Assembly (NCBI GenBank): GCA_964016885.1 | Contig: OZ024740.1 | Location: forward strand, 28,644,001 to 28,708,000 | Direction of reading: 5' to 3' | DNA length: 64,000 nucleotides | Source: Eledone cirrhosa | Taxonomy: Eukaryota | In this document: piece by piece, positions 13,300 to 28,200 of the stretch | Layout: each line of letters begins with the position of its first letter | Numbering within the stretch: the stretch's first letter is position 1 | The notes under the pieces: generated by a model | Databases searched by the model: none | Told to the model about the DNA's origin: nothing | Seen by the model: the letters and a program-made list of their open reading frames with translations, nothing else | Position numbers and translations under genes: made by a program

Positions 13300-16200
13300 G
13301 CTGTGTTATATATGTGTCTACTGTGTTAACAGCTGTCTTATATATGTGTCTACTGTGCTAACAGCTGTCTTATATATGTGTCTACTGTGTTAACAGATGT
13401 CTTATATATGTGTCTACTGTGCTAACAGCTGTCTTATATATGTGTCTACTGTGTTAACAGATGTCTTATATATGTGTCTACTGTGTTAACAGCTGTGTTA
13501 TATATGTGTCTACTGTGTCAACAGCTGTCTTATATATGTGTCTACTGTGTTAACAGCTCTGTTATATATGTGTGTACTGTGCTAACAGCTGTGTTATATA
13601 TGTGTCTACTGTGTTAACAGCTGTCTTATATATGTCTCTACTGTGTTAACAGCTGTCTTATATATGTGTCTTCTGTGTTAACAGCTGTCTTATATATGTC
13701 TCTACTGTGCTAACAGCTGTCTTATATATGTGTCTACTGTGTTAACAGCTGTCTTATATAGGTGTCTACTGTGCTAACAGCTGTCTTATATATGTGTCTA
13801 CTGTGTTAACAGCTGTCTTATATATGTGTCTACTGTGTTAACAGCTGTGTTATATATGTGTCTACTGTGCTAACAGCTGTCTTATATATGTGTCTACTGT
13901 GCTAACAGCTGTGTTATATATGTGTCGACAGTGTCAACAGCTGTCTTATATATGTGTCTACTGTGCTAACAGCTGTCTTATATATGTGTCTACTGTGCTA
14001 ACAGCTGTGTTATATATGTGTCTACTGTGTCAACAGCTGTCTTATATATGTGTCTACTGTGCTAACAGCTGTGTTATATATGTGTCTACAGTGTCAACAG
14101 CTGTCTTATATATGTCTCTACTGTGTTAACAGCTGTCTTATATATGTCTCTACTGTGCTAACCGCTGTCTTATATATGTGTCTACAGTGTTAACAGCTGT
14201 CTTATATATGTGTCTACTGTGTCAACAGCTGTCTTATATATGTGTCTACTGTGCTAACAGCTGTCTTATATATGTGTCTACTGTGCTAACAGCTGTCTTA
14301 TATATGTGTCTACAGTGTCAACAGCTGTCTTATATATGTGTCTACTGTGTTAACAGCTGTCTTATATATGTCTCTACTGTGCTAACAGCTGTCTTATATA
14401 TGTGTCTACTGTGTTAACAGCTGTCTTATATATGTGTCTACTGTGTCAACAGCTGTCTTATATATGTGTCTACTGTGCTAACAGCTGTGTTATATATGTG
14501 TCTACTGTGTCAACAGCTGTGTTATATATGTGTCTACTGTGTTAACAGCTGTCTTATATATGTGTCTACTGTGCTAACAGCTGTGTTATATATGTGTCTA
14601 CTGTGTTAAGAGCTGTCTTATATATGTGTCTACTGTGCTAACAGCTGTCTTATATATGTGTCTACTGTGTTAACAGCTGTCTTATATATGTGTCTACTGT
14701 ATTAACAGCTGTCTTATATATGTGTCTACTGTGTCAACAGCTGTGTTATATATGTGTCTTCTGTGTTAACAGCTGCCTTATATATGCGTCTACTGTGTTA
14801 ACTGCTGTGTTATATATGTGTCTACTGTGTCAACAGCTGTGTTATATATGTGTCTACTGTGTTAACTGCTGTCTTATATATGTGTCTACTGTGCTAACAG
14901 CTGTGTTATATATGTGTCTACTGTGTTAACAGCTGTCTTACATATGTGTCTACTGGGCTAACAGCTGTCTTATATATGTGTCTACTGTGTTAACAGCTGT
15001 CTTATATATGTGTCTACTGTGTTAACAGCTGTCTTATATATGTGTCTACTGTGTCAACAGCTGTGTTATATATGTGTCTTGTGTGTTAACAGCTGTCTTA
15101 TATATGCGTCTACTGTGTTAACAGCTGTCTTATATATGCGTCTACTGTGTCAACAGCTGTCTTATATATGCGTCTACTGTGTTAACAGCTGTCTTATATA
15201 TGTGTCTACTGTGTTAACAGCTGTCTTACATATGTGTGTACTGTGTCAACAGCTGTGTTATATATGTGTCTACTGTGTTAACAGCTGTCTTAAATATGTG
15301 TCTACTGTGTTAACAGCTGTCTTATATATGTGTCTTCTGTGTTAACAGCTGTCTTATATATGTGTCTACTGTGTTAACAGCTGTCTTATATATGTGTCTA
15401 CTGTGTTAACAGCTGTCTTACATATGTGTGTACTGTGTCAACAGCTGTGTTATATATGTGTCTACTGTGTTAACAGCTGTCTTATATATGTGTCTACTGT
15501 GTTAACAGCTGTCTTATATATGTGTCTTCTGTGTTAACAGCTGTCTTATATATGTGTCTACTGTGTTAACAGCTGTGTTATATATGTGTCTACTGTGTCA
15601 ACACATGTGTTATATGTGTGTCTACTGTGTTAACAGCTGTCTTACATATGTGTGTACTGTGTCAACAGCTGTGTTACATATGTGTCTACTGTGTTAACAG
15701 CTGTCTTATATATGTGTCTACTGTGCTAACAGCTGTCTTATATATGTGTCTACTGTGTTAACAGATGTCTTATATATGTGTCTACTGTGCTAACAGCTGT
15801 CTTATATATGTGTCTACTGTGTTAACAGATGTCTTATATATGTGTCTACTGTGTTAACAGCTGTGTTATATATGTGTGTACTGTGCTAACAGCTGTGTTA
15901 TATATGTGTCTACTGTGTTAACAGCTGTCTTATATATGTCTCTACTGTGTTAACAGCTGTCTTATATATGTGTCTTCTGTGTTAACAGCTGTCTTATATA
16001 TGTCTCTACTGTGCTAACAGCTGTCTTATATATGTGTCTACTGTGTTAACAGCTGTCTTATATATGTGTCTACTGTGATAACAGCTGTCTTATATATGTG
16101 TCTACTGTGTTAACAGCTGTCTTATATATGTGTCTACTGTGTTAACAGCTGTGTTATATATGTGTCTACTGTGCTAACAGCTGTCTTATATATGTCTCTA

Positions 16201-19200
16201 CTGTGCTAACAGCTGTCTTATATATGTGTCTACTGTGTTAACAGCTGTCTTATATATGTGTCTACTGTGTCAACAGCTGTCTTATATATGTGTCTACTGT
16301 GTCAACAGCTGTCTTATATATGTGTCTACTGTGTTAACAGCTGTCTTATATACGTGTCTACTGTGCTAACAGCTGTGTTATATATGTGTCTACTGTGTCA
16401 ACAGCTGTGTTATATATGTGTCTACTGTGTTAACAGCTGTCTTATATATGTGTCTACTGTGCTAACAGCTGTGTTATATATGTGTCTACTGTGTTAAGAG
16501 CTGTCTTATATATGTGTCTACTGTGCTAACAGCTGTCTTATATATGTGTCTACTGTGTTAACAGCTGTCTTATATATGTGTCTACTGTGTTAACAGCTGT
16601 CTTATATATGTGTCTACTGTGTCAACAGCTGTGTTATATATGTGTCTTCTGTGTTAACAGCTGTCTTATATATGCGTCTACTGTGTTAACTGCTGTGTTA
16701 TATATGTGTCTACTGTGTTAACAGCTGTCTTATATATGTGTCTACTGTGTTAACAGCTGTCTTATACATGTGTCTACTGTGTCAACAGCTGTGTTATATA
16801 TGTGTCTACTGTGTTAACAGCTGTCTTATATATGTGTCTACTGTGTCAACAGCTGTCTTATATATGCGTCTACTGTGTCAACAGCTGTCTTATATATGCG
16901 TCTACTGTGTTAACAGCTGTCTTATATATGTGTCTACTGTGTTAACAGCTGTCTTATATATGCGTCTACTGTGTCAACAGCTGTCTTATATATGTGACTA
17001 CTGTGTTAACAGCTGTCTTATATATGCGTCTACTGTGTTAACTGCTGTGTTATATATGTGTCTACTGTGTTAACAGCTGTCTTATATATGTGTCTACTGT
17101 GTTAACAGCTGTCTTATATATGTGTCTACTGTGTTAACAGATGTCTTATATATGTGTCTACTGTGCTAACAGCTGTCTTATATATGTGTCTACTGTGTTA
17201 ACAGATGTCTTATATATGTGTCTACTGTGTTAACAGCTGTGTTATATATGTGTGTACTGTGCTAACAGCTGTGTTATATATGTGTCTACTGTGTTAACAG
17301 CTGTCTTATATATGTCTCTACTGTGTTAACAGCTGTCTTATATATGTGTCTTCTGTGTTAACAGCTGTCTTATATATGTCTCTACTGTGCTAACAGCTGT
17401 CTTATATATGTGTCTACTGTGTTAACAGCTGTCTTATATATGTGTCTACTGTGATAACAGCTGTCTTATATATGTGTCTACTGTGTTAACAGCTGTCTTA
17501 TATATGTGTCTACTGTGTTAACAGCTGTGTTATATATGTGTCTACTGTGCTAACAGCTGTCTTATATATGTGTCTACAGTGTCAACAGCTGTCTTATATA
17601 TGTGTCTACTGTGTCAACAGCTGTCTTATATATGTGTCTACTGTGCTAACAGCTGTCTTATATATGTGTCTACTGTGCTAACAGCTGTCTTATATATGTG
17701 TCTACAGTGTCAACAGCTGTCTTATATATGTGTCTACTGTGTTAACAGCTGTCTTATATATGTCTCTACTGTGCTAACGGCTGTCTTGTATATGTGTCTA
17801 CTGTGTTAACAGCTGTCTTATATATGTGTCTACTGTGTCAACAGCTGTCTTATATATGTGTCTACTGTGTCAACAGCTGTCTTATATATGTGTCTACTGT
17901 GTTAACAGCTGTCTTATATACGTGTCTACTGTGCTAACAGCTGTGTTATATATGTGTCTACTGTGTCAACAGCTGTGTTATATATGTGTCTACTGTGTTA
18001 ACAGCTGTCTTATATATGTGTCTACTGTGCTAACAGCTGTGTTATATATGTGTCTACTGTGTTAAGAGCTGTCTTATATATGTGTCTACTGTGCTAACAG
18101 CTGTCTTATATATGTGTCTACTGTGTTAACAGCTGTCTTATATATGTGTCTACTGTGTTAACAGCTGTCTTATATATGTGTCTACTGTGTCAACAGCTGT
18201 GTTATATATGTGTCTTCTGTGTTAACAGCTGTCTTATATATGCGTCTACTGTGTTAACTGCTGTGTTATATATGTGTCTACTGTGTTAACAGCTGTCTTA
18301 TATATGTGTCTACTGTGTTAACAGCTGTCTTATACATGTGTCTACTGTGTCAACAGCTGTGTTATATATGTGTCTACTGTGTTAACAGCTGTCTTATATA
18401 TGTGTCTACTGTGTCAACAGCTGTCTTATATATGCGTCTACTGTGTCAACAGCTGTCTTATATATGCGTCTACTGTGTTAACAGCTGTCTTATATATGTG
18501 TCTACTGTGTTAACAGCTGTCTTATATATGCGTCTACTGTGTCAACAGCTGTCTTATATATGTGACTACTGTGTTAACAGCTGTCTTATATATGCGTCTA
18601 CTGTGTTAACTGCTGTGTTATATATGTGTCTACTGTGTTAACAGCTGTCTTATATATGTGTCTACTGTGTTAACAGCTGTCTTATATATGTATCTACTGT
18701 GTTAACAGCTGTCTTAAATATGTGTCTACTGTGTTAACAGCTGTCTTATATATGTGTCTACTCTGTCAACAGCTGTCTTATATATGTGTCTACTGTGTTA
18801 ACAGCTGTCTTATATATGTGTCTACTGTGTTAACAGCTGTGTTATATATGTGTCTACTGCGTCAACAGCTGTCTTATATATGTGTCTACTGTGTTAACAG
18901 CTGTCTTATATATGTGTCTACTGTGTTAACAGCTGTCTTACATATGTGTGTACTGTGTCAACAGCTGTGTTATATATGTGTCTACTGTGTTAACAGCTGT
19001 CTTATATATGTGTCTACTGTGTTAACAGCTGTCTTATATATGTGTCTTCTGTGTTAACAGCTGTCTTATATATGTGTCTACTGTGTTAACAGCTGTGTTA
19101 TATATGTGTCTACTGTGTCAACAGCTGTGTTATATATGTGTCTACTGTGTTAACAGCTGTCTTACATATGTGTGTACTGTGTCAACAGCTGTGTTATATA

Positions 19201-22200
19201 TGTGTCTACCGTGTTAACAGCTGTCTTATATATGTGTCTACTGTGCTAACAGCTGTCTTATATATGTGTCTACTGTGTTAACAGATGTCTTATATATGTG
19301 TCTACTGTGCTAACAGCTGTCTTATATATGTGTCTACTGTGTTAACAGATGTCTTATATATGTGTCTACTGTGTTAACAGCTGTGTTATATATGTGTCTA
19401 CTGTGTCAACAGCTGTCTTATATATGTGTCTACTCTGTTAACAGCTGTGTTATATATGTGTGTACTGTGTCAACAGCTGTGTTATATATGTGTCTACTGT
19501 GTTAACAGCTGTCTTATATATGTGTCTACTGTGTCAACAGCTGTGTTATATATGTGTCTACTGTGTTAACAGCTGTCTTAAATATGTGTCTACTGTGTTA
19601 ACAGCTCTCTTATATATGTGTCTACTGTGTTAACAGCTGGGTTATATATGTGTCTACTGTGTTAACAGCTGTCTTATATATGTGTCTACTGTGTTAACAG
19701 CTGTCTTATATATGTGTCTACTGTGTCAACAGCTGTCTTATATATGTCTCTACTGTGCTAACAGCTGTCTTATATATGTGACTACTGTGTTAACAGCTGT
19801 CTTATATATGTGACTACTGTGTTAACAGCTGGGTTATATATGTGTCTACTGTGTTAACAGCTGTCTTATATATGTGTCTACTGTGTTAACAGCTGTGTTA
19901 TATATGTGTCTACTGTGTCAACAGCTGTCTTATATATGTGTCTACTGTGCTAACAGCTGTGTTATATATGTGTCTACAGTGTCAACAGCTGTCTTATATA
20001 TGTCTCTACTGTGTTAACAGCTGTCTTATATATGTCTCTACTGTGTTAACAGCTGTCTTATATATGTGTCTATAGTGTTAACAGCTGTCTTATATATGTG
20101 TCTACTGTGTCAACAGCAGTCTTATATATGTGTCTACTGTGCTAACAGCTGTCTTATATATGTGTCTACTGTGCTAACAGCTGTCTTATATATGTGTCTA
20201 CAGTGTCAACAGCTGTCTTATATATGTGTCTACTGTGTTAACAGCTGTCTTATATATGTCTCTACTGTGCTAACAGCTGTCTTATATATGTGTCTACTGT
20301 GTTAACAGCTGTCTTATATATGTGTCTACTGTGTCAACAGCTGTCTTATATATGTGTCTATTGTACTAACAGCTGTGTTATATATGTGTCTACTGTGTCA
20401 ACAGCTGTGTTATATATGTGTCTACTGTGTTAACTGCTGTCTTATATATGTGTCTACTGTGCTAACAGCTGTGTTATATATGTGTCTACTGTGTTAACAG
20501 CTGTCTTACATATGTGTCTACTGGGCTAACAGCTGTCTTATATATGTGTCTACTGTGTTAACAGCTGTCTTATATATGTGTCTACTGTGTTAACAGCTGT
20601 CTTATATATGTGTCTACTGTGTCAACAGCTGTGTTATATATGTGTCTTGTGTGTTAACAGCTGTCTTATATATGCGTCTACTGTGTTAACTGCTGTGTTA
20701 TATATGTGTCTACTGTGTTAACAGCTGTCTTATATATGTGTCTACTGTGTTAACAGCTGTCTTATACATGTGTCTACTGTGTCAACAGCTGTGTTATATA
20801 TGTGTCTACTGTGTTAACAGCTTTCTTATATATGTGTCTACTGTGTCAACAGCTGTCTTATATATGTGTCTACTGTGCTAACAGCTGTCTTATATATGTG
20901 TCTACTGTGTTAACAGCTGTCTTATATATGCGTCTACTGTGTTAACAGCTGTCTTATATATGTGTCTACTGTGTTAACAGCTGTCTTATATATGCGTCTA
21001 CTGTGTTAACAGCTGTCTTATATATGTGTCTACTGTGTCAACAGCTGTCTTATATATGCGTCTACTGTGTTAACAGCTGTCTTATATATGTGTCTACTGT
21101 GTTAACAGCTGTCTTATATATGCGTCTACTGTGTCAACAGCTGTCTTATATATGTGTCTACTGTGTTAACAGCTGTCTTATATATGCGTCTACTGTGTTA
21201 ACTGCTGTGTTATATATGTGTCTACTGTGTTAACAGCTGTCTTATATATGTGTCTACTGTGTTAACAGCTGTCTTATATATGTGTCTACTGTGTTAACAG
21301 CTGTCATAAATATGTGTCTACTGTGTTAACAGCTGTCTTATATATATGTCTACTGTGTTAACAGCTGTCTTATAGATGTGTCTACTGTGTTAACAGCTGT
21401 CTTATATATGTGTCTTCTGTGTTAACAGCTGTCTTATATATGTGTCTACTGTGTTAACAGCTGTGTTATATATGTGTCTACTGTGTCAACAGCTGTGTTA
21501 TATATGTGTCTACTGTGTTAACAGCTGTCTTACATATGTGTGTACTGTGTCAACAGCTGTGTTATATATGTGTCTACTGTGTTAACAGCTGTCTTATATA
21601 TGTGTCTACTGTGCTAACAGCTGTCTTATATATGTGTCTACTGTGTTAACAGATGTCTTATATATGTGTCTACTGTGCTAACAGCTGTCTTATATATGTG
21701 TCTACTGTGTTAACAGATGTCTTATATATGTGTCTACTGTGTTAACAGCTGTGTTATATATGTGTCTACTGTGTCAACAGCTGTCTTATATATGTGTCTA
21801 CTGTGTTAACAGCTCTGTTATATATGTGTGTACTGTGCTAACAGCTGTGTTATATATGTGTCTACTGTGTTAACAGCTGTCTTATATATGTCTCTACTGT
21901 GTTAACAGCTGTCTTATATATGTGTCTTCTGTGTTAACAGCTGTCTTATATATGTCTCTACTGTGCTAACAGCTGTCTTATATATGTGTCTACTGTGTTA
22001 ACAGCTGTCTTATATAGGTGTCTACTGTGCTAACAGCTGTCTTATATATGTGTCTACTGTGTTAACAGCTGTCTTATATATGTGTCTACTGTGTTAACAG
22101 CTGTGTTATATATGTGTCTACTGTGCTAACAGCTGTCTTATATATGTGTCTACTGTGCTAACAGCTGTGTTATATATGTGTCGACAGTGTCAACAGCTGT

Positions 22201-25200
22201 CTTATATATGTGTCTACTGTGCTAACAGCTGTCTTATATATGTGTCTACTGTGCTAACAGCTGTGTTATATATGTGTCTACTGTGTCAACAGCTGTCTTA
22301 TATATGTGTCTACTGTGCTAACAGCTGTGTTATATATGTGTCTACAGTGTCAACAGCTGTCTTATATATGTCTCTACTGTGTTAACAGCTGTCTTATATA
22401 TGTCTCTACTGTGCTAACCGCTGTCTTATATATGTGTCTACAGTGTTAACAGCTGTCTTATATATGTGTCTACTGTGTCAACAGCTGTCTTATATATGTG
22501 TCTACTGTGCTAACAGCTGTCTTATATATGTGTCTACTGTGCTAACAGCTGTCTTATATATGTGTCTACAGTGTCAACAGCTGTCTTATATATGTGTCTA
22601 CTGTGTTAACAGCTGTCTTATATATGTCTCTACTGTGCTAACAGCTGTCTTATATATGTGTCTACTGTGTTAACAGCTGTCTTATATATGTGTCTACTGT
22701 GTCAACAGCTGTCTTATATATGTGTCTACTGTGCTAACAGCTGTGTTATATATGTGTCTACTGTGTCAACAGCTGTGTTATATATGTGTCTACTGTGTTA
22801 ACAGCTGTCTTATATATGTGTCTACTGTGCTAACAGCTGTGTTATATATGTGTCTACTGTGTTAAGAGCTGTCTTATATATGTGTCTACTGTGCTAACAG
22901 CTGTCTTATATATGTGTCTACTGTGTTAACAGCTGTCTTATATATGTGTCTACTGTATTAACAGCTGTCTTATATATGTGTCTACTGTGTCAACAGCTGT
23001 GTTATATATGTGTCTTCTGTGTTAACAGCTGCCTTATATATGCGTCTACTGTGTTAACTGCTGTGTTATATATGTGTCTACTGTGTTAACAGCTGTCTTA
23101 TATATGTGTCTACTGTGTTAACAGCTGTCTTATACATGTGTCTACTGTGTCAACAGCTGTGTTATATATGTGTCTACTGTGTTAACAGCTGTCTTATATA
23201 TGTGTCTACTGTGTCAACAGCTGTCTTATATATGTGTCTACTGTGTTAACAGCTGTCTTATATATGTGTCTACTGTGCTAACAGCTGTCTTATATATGCG
23301 TCTACTGTGTTAACAGCTGTCTTATATATGTGTCTACTGTGTTAACAGCTGTCTTATATATGCGTCTACTGTGTTAACAGCTGTCTTATATATGCGTCTA
23401 CTGTGTCAACAGCTGCCTTATATATGCGTCTACTGTGTTAACAGCTGTCTTATATATGTGTCTACTGTGTTAACAGCTGTCTTACATATGTGTGTACTGT
23501 GTCAACAGCTGTGTTATATATGTGTCTACTGTGTTAACAGCTGTCTTAAATATGTGTCTACTGTGTTAACAGCTGTCTTATATATGTGTCTTCTGTGTTA
23601 ACAGCTGTCTTATATATGTGTCTACTGTGTTAACAGCTGTCTTATATATGTGTCTACTGTGTTAACAGCTGTCTTACATATGTGTGTACTGTGTCAACAG
23701 CTGTGTTATATATGTGTCTACTGTGTTAACAGCTGTCTTATATATGTGTCTACTGTGTTAACAGCTGTCTTATATATGTGTCTTCTGTGTTAACAGCTGT
23801 CTTATATATGTGTCTACTGTGTTAACAGCTGTGTTATATATGTGTCTACTGTGTCAACACCTGTGTTATATGTGTGTCTACTGTGTTAACAGCTGTCTTA
23901 CATATGTGTGTACTGTGTCAACAGCTGTGTTACATATGTGTCTACTGTGTTAACAGCTGTCTTATATATGTGTCTACTGTGCTAACAGCTGTCTTATATA
24001 TGTGTCTACTGTGTTAACAGATGTCTTATATATGTGTCTACTGTGCTAACAGCTGTCTTATATATGTGTCTACTGTGTTAACAGATGTCTTATATATGTG
24101 TCTACTGTGTTAACAGCTGTGTTATATATGTGTGTACTGTGCTAACAGCTGTGTTATATATGTGTCTACTGTGTTAACAGCTGTCTTATATATGTCTCTA
24201 CTGTGTTAACAGCTGTCTTATATATGTGTCTTCTGTGTTAACAGCTGTCTTATATATGTCTCTACTGTGCTAACAGCTGTCTTATATATGTGTCTACTGT
24301 GTTAACAGCTGTCTTATATATGTGTCTACTGTGATAACAGCTGTCTTATATATGTGTCTACTGTGTTAACAGCTGTCTTATATATGTGTCTACTGTGTTA
24401 ACAGCTGTGTTATATATGTGTCTACTGTGCTAACAGCTGTCTTATATATGTGTCTACAGTGTCAACAGCTGTCTTATATATGTGTCTACTGTGTCAACAG
24501 CTGTCTTATATATGTGTCTACTGTGCTAACAGCTGTCTTATATATGTGTCTACTGTGCTAACAGCTGTCTTATATATGTCTCTACTGTGCTAACAGCTGT
24601 CTTATATATGTGTCTACTGTGTTAACAGCTGTCTTATATATGTGTCTACTGTGTCAACAGCTGTCTTATATATGTGTCTACTGTGTCAACAGCTGTCTTA
24701 TATATGTGTCTACTGTGTTAACAGCTGTCTTATATACGTGTCTACTGTGCTAACAGCTGTGTTATATATGTGTCTACTGTGTCAACAGCTGTGTTATATA
24801 TGTGTCTACTGTGTTAACAGCTGTCTTATATATGTGTCTACTGTGCTAACAGCTGTGTTATATATGTGTCTACTGTGTTAAGAGCTGTCTTATATATGTG
24901 TCTACTGTGCTAACAGCTGTCTTATATATGTGTCTACTGTGTTAACAGCTGTCTTATATATGTGTCTACTGTGTTAACAGCTGTCTTATATATGTGTCTA
25001 CTGTGTCAACAGCTGTGTTATATATGTGTCTTCTGTGTTAACAGCTGTCTTATATATGCGTCTACTGTGTTAACTGCTGTGTTATATATGTGTCTACTGT
25101 GTTAACAGCTGTCTTATATATGTGTCTACTGTGTTAACAGCTGTCTTATATATGTGTCTACTGTGTCAACAGCTGTCTTATATATGTGTCTACTGTGCTA

Positions 25201-28200
25201 ACAGCTGTCTTATATATGTGTCTACTGTGCTAACAGCTGTCTTATATATGTCTCTACTGTGCTAACAGCTGTCTTATATATGTGTCTACTGTGTTAACAG
25301 CTGTCTTATATATGTGTCTACTGTGTCAACAGCTGTCTTATATATGTGTCTACTGTGTCAACAGCTGTCTTATATATGTGTCTACTGTGTTAACAGCTGT
25401 CTTATATACGTGTCTACTGTGCTAACAGCTGTGTTATATATGTGTCTACTGTGTCAACAGCTGTGTTATATATGTGTCTACTGTGTTAACAGCTGTCTTA
25501 TATATGTGTCTACTGTGCTAACAGCTGTGTTATATATGTGTCTACTGTGTTAAGAGCTGTCTTATATATGTGTCTACTGTGCTAACAGCTGTCTTATATA
25601 TGTGTCTACTGTGTTAACAGCTGTCTTATATATGTGTCTACTGTGTTAACAGCTGTCTTATATATGTGTCTACTGTGTCAACAGCTGTGTTATATATGTG
25701 TCTTCTGTGTTAACAGCTGTCTTATATATGCGTCTACTGTGTTAACTGCTGTGTTATATATGTGTCTACTGTGTTAACAGCTGTCTTATATATGTGTCTA
25801 CTGTGTTAACAGCTGTCTTATACATGTGTCTACTGTGTCAACAGCTGTGTTATATATGTGTCTACTGTGTTAACAGCTGTCTTATATATGTGTCTACTGT
25901 GTCAACAGCTGTCTTATATATGCGTCTACTGTGTCAACAGCTGTCTTATATATGCGTCTACTGTGTTAACAGCTGTCTTATATATGTGTCTACTGTGTTA
26001 ACAGCTGTCTTATATATGCGTCTACTGTGTCAACAGCTGTCTTATATATGTGACTACTGTGTTAACAGCTGTCTTATATATGCGTCTACTGTGTTAACTG
26101 CTGTGTTATATATGTGTCTACTGTGTTAACAGCTGTCTTATATATGTGTCTACTGTGTTAACAGCTGTCTTATATATGTGTCTACTGTGTTAACAGATGT
26201 CTTATATATGTGTCTACTGTGCTAACAGCTGTCTTATATATGTGTCTACTGTGTTAACAGATGTCTTATATATGTGTCTACTGTGTTAACAGCTGTGTTA
26301 TATATGTGTGTACTGTGCTAACAGCTGTGTTATATATGTGTCTACTGTGTTAACAGCTGTCTTATATATGTCTCTACTGTGTTAACAGCTGTCTTATATA
26401 TGTGTCTTCTGTGTTAACAGCTGTCTTATATATGTCTCTACTGTGCTAACAGCTGTCTTATATATGTGTCTACTGTGTTAACAGCTGTCTTATATATGTG
26501 TCTACTGTGATAACAGCTGTCTTATATATGTGTCTACTGTGTTAACAGCTGTCTTATATATGTGTCTACTGTGTTAACAGCTGTGTTATATATGTGTCTA
26601 CTGTGCTAACAGCTGTCTTATATATGTGTCTACAGTGTCAACAGCTGTCTTATATATGTGTCTACTGTGTCAACAGCTGTCTTATATATGTGTCTACTGT
26701 GCTAACAGCTGTCTTATATATGTGTCTACTGTGCTAACAGCTGTCTTATATATGTGTCTACAGTGTCAACAGCTGTCTTATATATGTGTCTACTGTGTTA
26801 ACAGCTGTCTTATATATGTCTCTACTGTACTAACGGCTGTCTTGTATATGTGTCTACTGTGTTAACAGCTGTCTTATATATGTGTCTACTGTGTCAACAG
26901 CTGTCTTATATATGTGTCTACTGTGTCAACAGCTGTCTTATATATGTGTCTACTGTGTTAACAGCTGTCTTATATACGTGTCTACTGTGCTAACAGCTGT
27001 GTTATATATGTGTCTACTGTGTCAACAGCTGTGTTATATATGTGTCTACTGTGTTAACAGCTGTCTTATATATGTGTCTACTGTGCTAACAGCTGTGTTA
27101 TATATGTGTCTACTGTGTTAAGAGCTGTCTTATATATGTGTCTACTGTGCTAACAGCTGTCTTATATATGTGTCTACTGTGTTAACAGCTGTCTTATATA
27201 TGTGTCTACTGTGTTAACAGCTGTCTTATATATGTGTCTACTGTGTCAACAGCTGTGTTATATATGTGTCTTCTGTGTTAACAGCTGTCTTATATATGCG
27301 TCTACTGTGTTAACTGCTGTGTTATATATGTGTCTACTGTGTTAACAGCTGTCTTATATATGTGTCTACTGTGTTAACAGCTGTCTTATACATGTGTCTA
27401 CTGTGTCAACAGCTGTGTTATATATGTGTCTACTGTGTTAACAGCTGTCTTATATATGTGTCTACTGTGTCAACAGCTGTCTTATATATGCGTCTACTGT
27501 GTCAACAGCTGTCTTATATATGCGTCTACTGTGTTAACAGCTGTCTTATATATGTGTCTACTGTGTTAACAGCTGTCTTATATATGCGTCTACTGTGTCA
27601 ACAGCTGTCTTATATATGTGACTACTGTGTTAACAGCTGTCTTATATATGCGTCTACTGTGTTAACTGCTGTGTTATATATGTGTCTACTGTGTTAACAG
27701 CTGTCTTATATATGTGTCTACTGTGTTAACAGCTGTCTTATATATGTATCTACTGTGTTAACAGCTGTCTTAAATATGTGTCTACTGTGTTAACAGCTGT
27801 CTTATATATGTGTCTACTCTGTCAACAGCTGTCTTATATATGTGTCTACTGTGTTAACAGCTGTCTTATATATGTGTCTACTGTGTTAACAGCTGTGTTA
27901 TATATGTGTCTACTGCGTCAACAGCTGTCTTATATATGTGTCTACTGTGTTAACAGCTGTCTTATATATGTGTCTACTGTGTTAACAGCTGTCTTACATA
28001 TGTGTGTACTGTGTCAACAGCTGTGTTATATATGTGTCTACTGTGTTAACAGCTGTCTTATATATGTGTCTACTGTGTTAACAGCTGTCTTATATATGTG
28101 TCTTCTGTGTTAACAGCTGTCTTATATATGTGTCTACTGTGTTAACAGCTGTGTTATATATGTGTCTACTGTGTCAACAGCTGTGTTATATATGTGTCTA

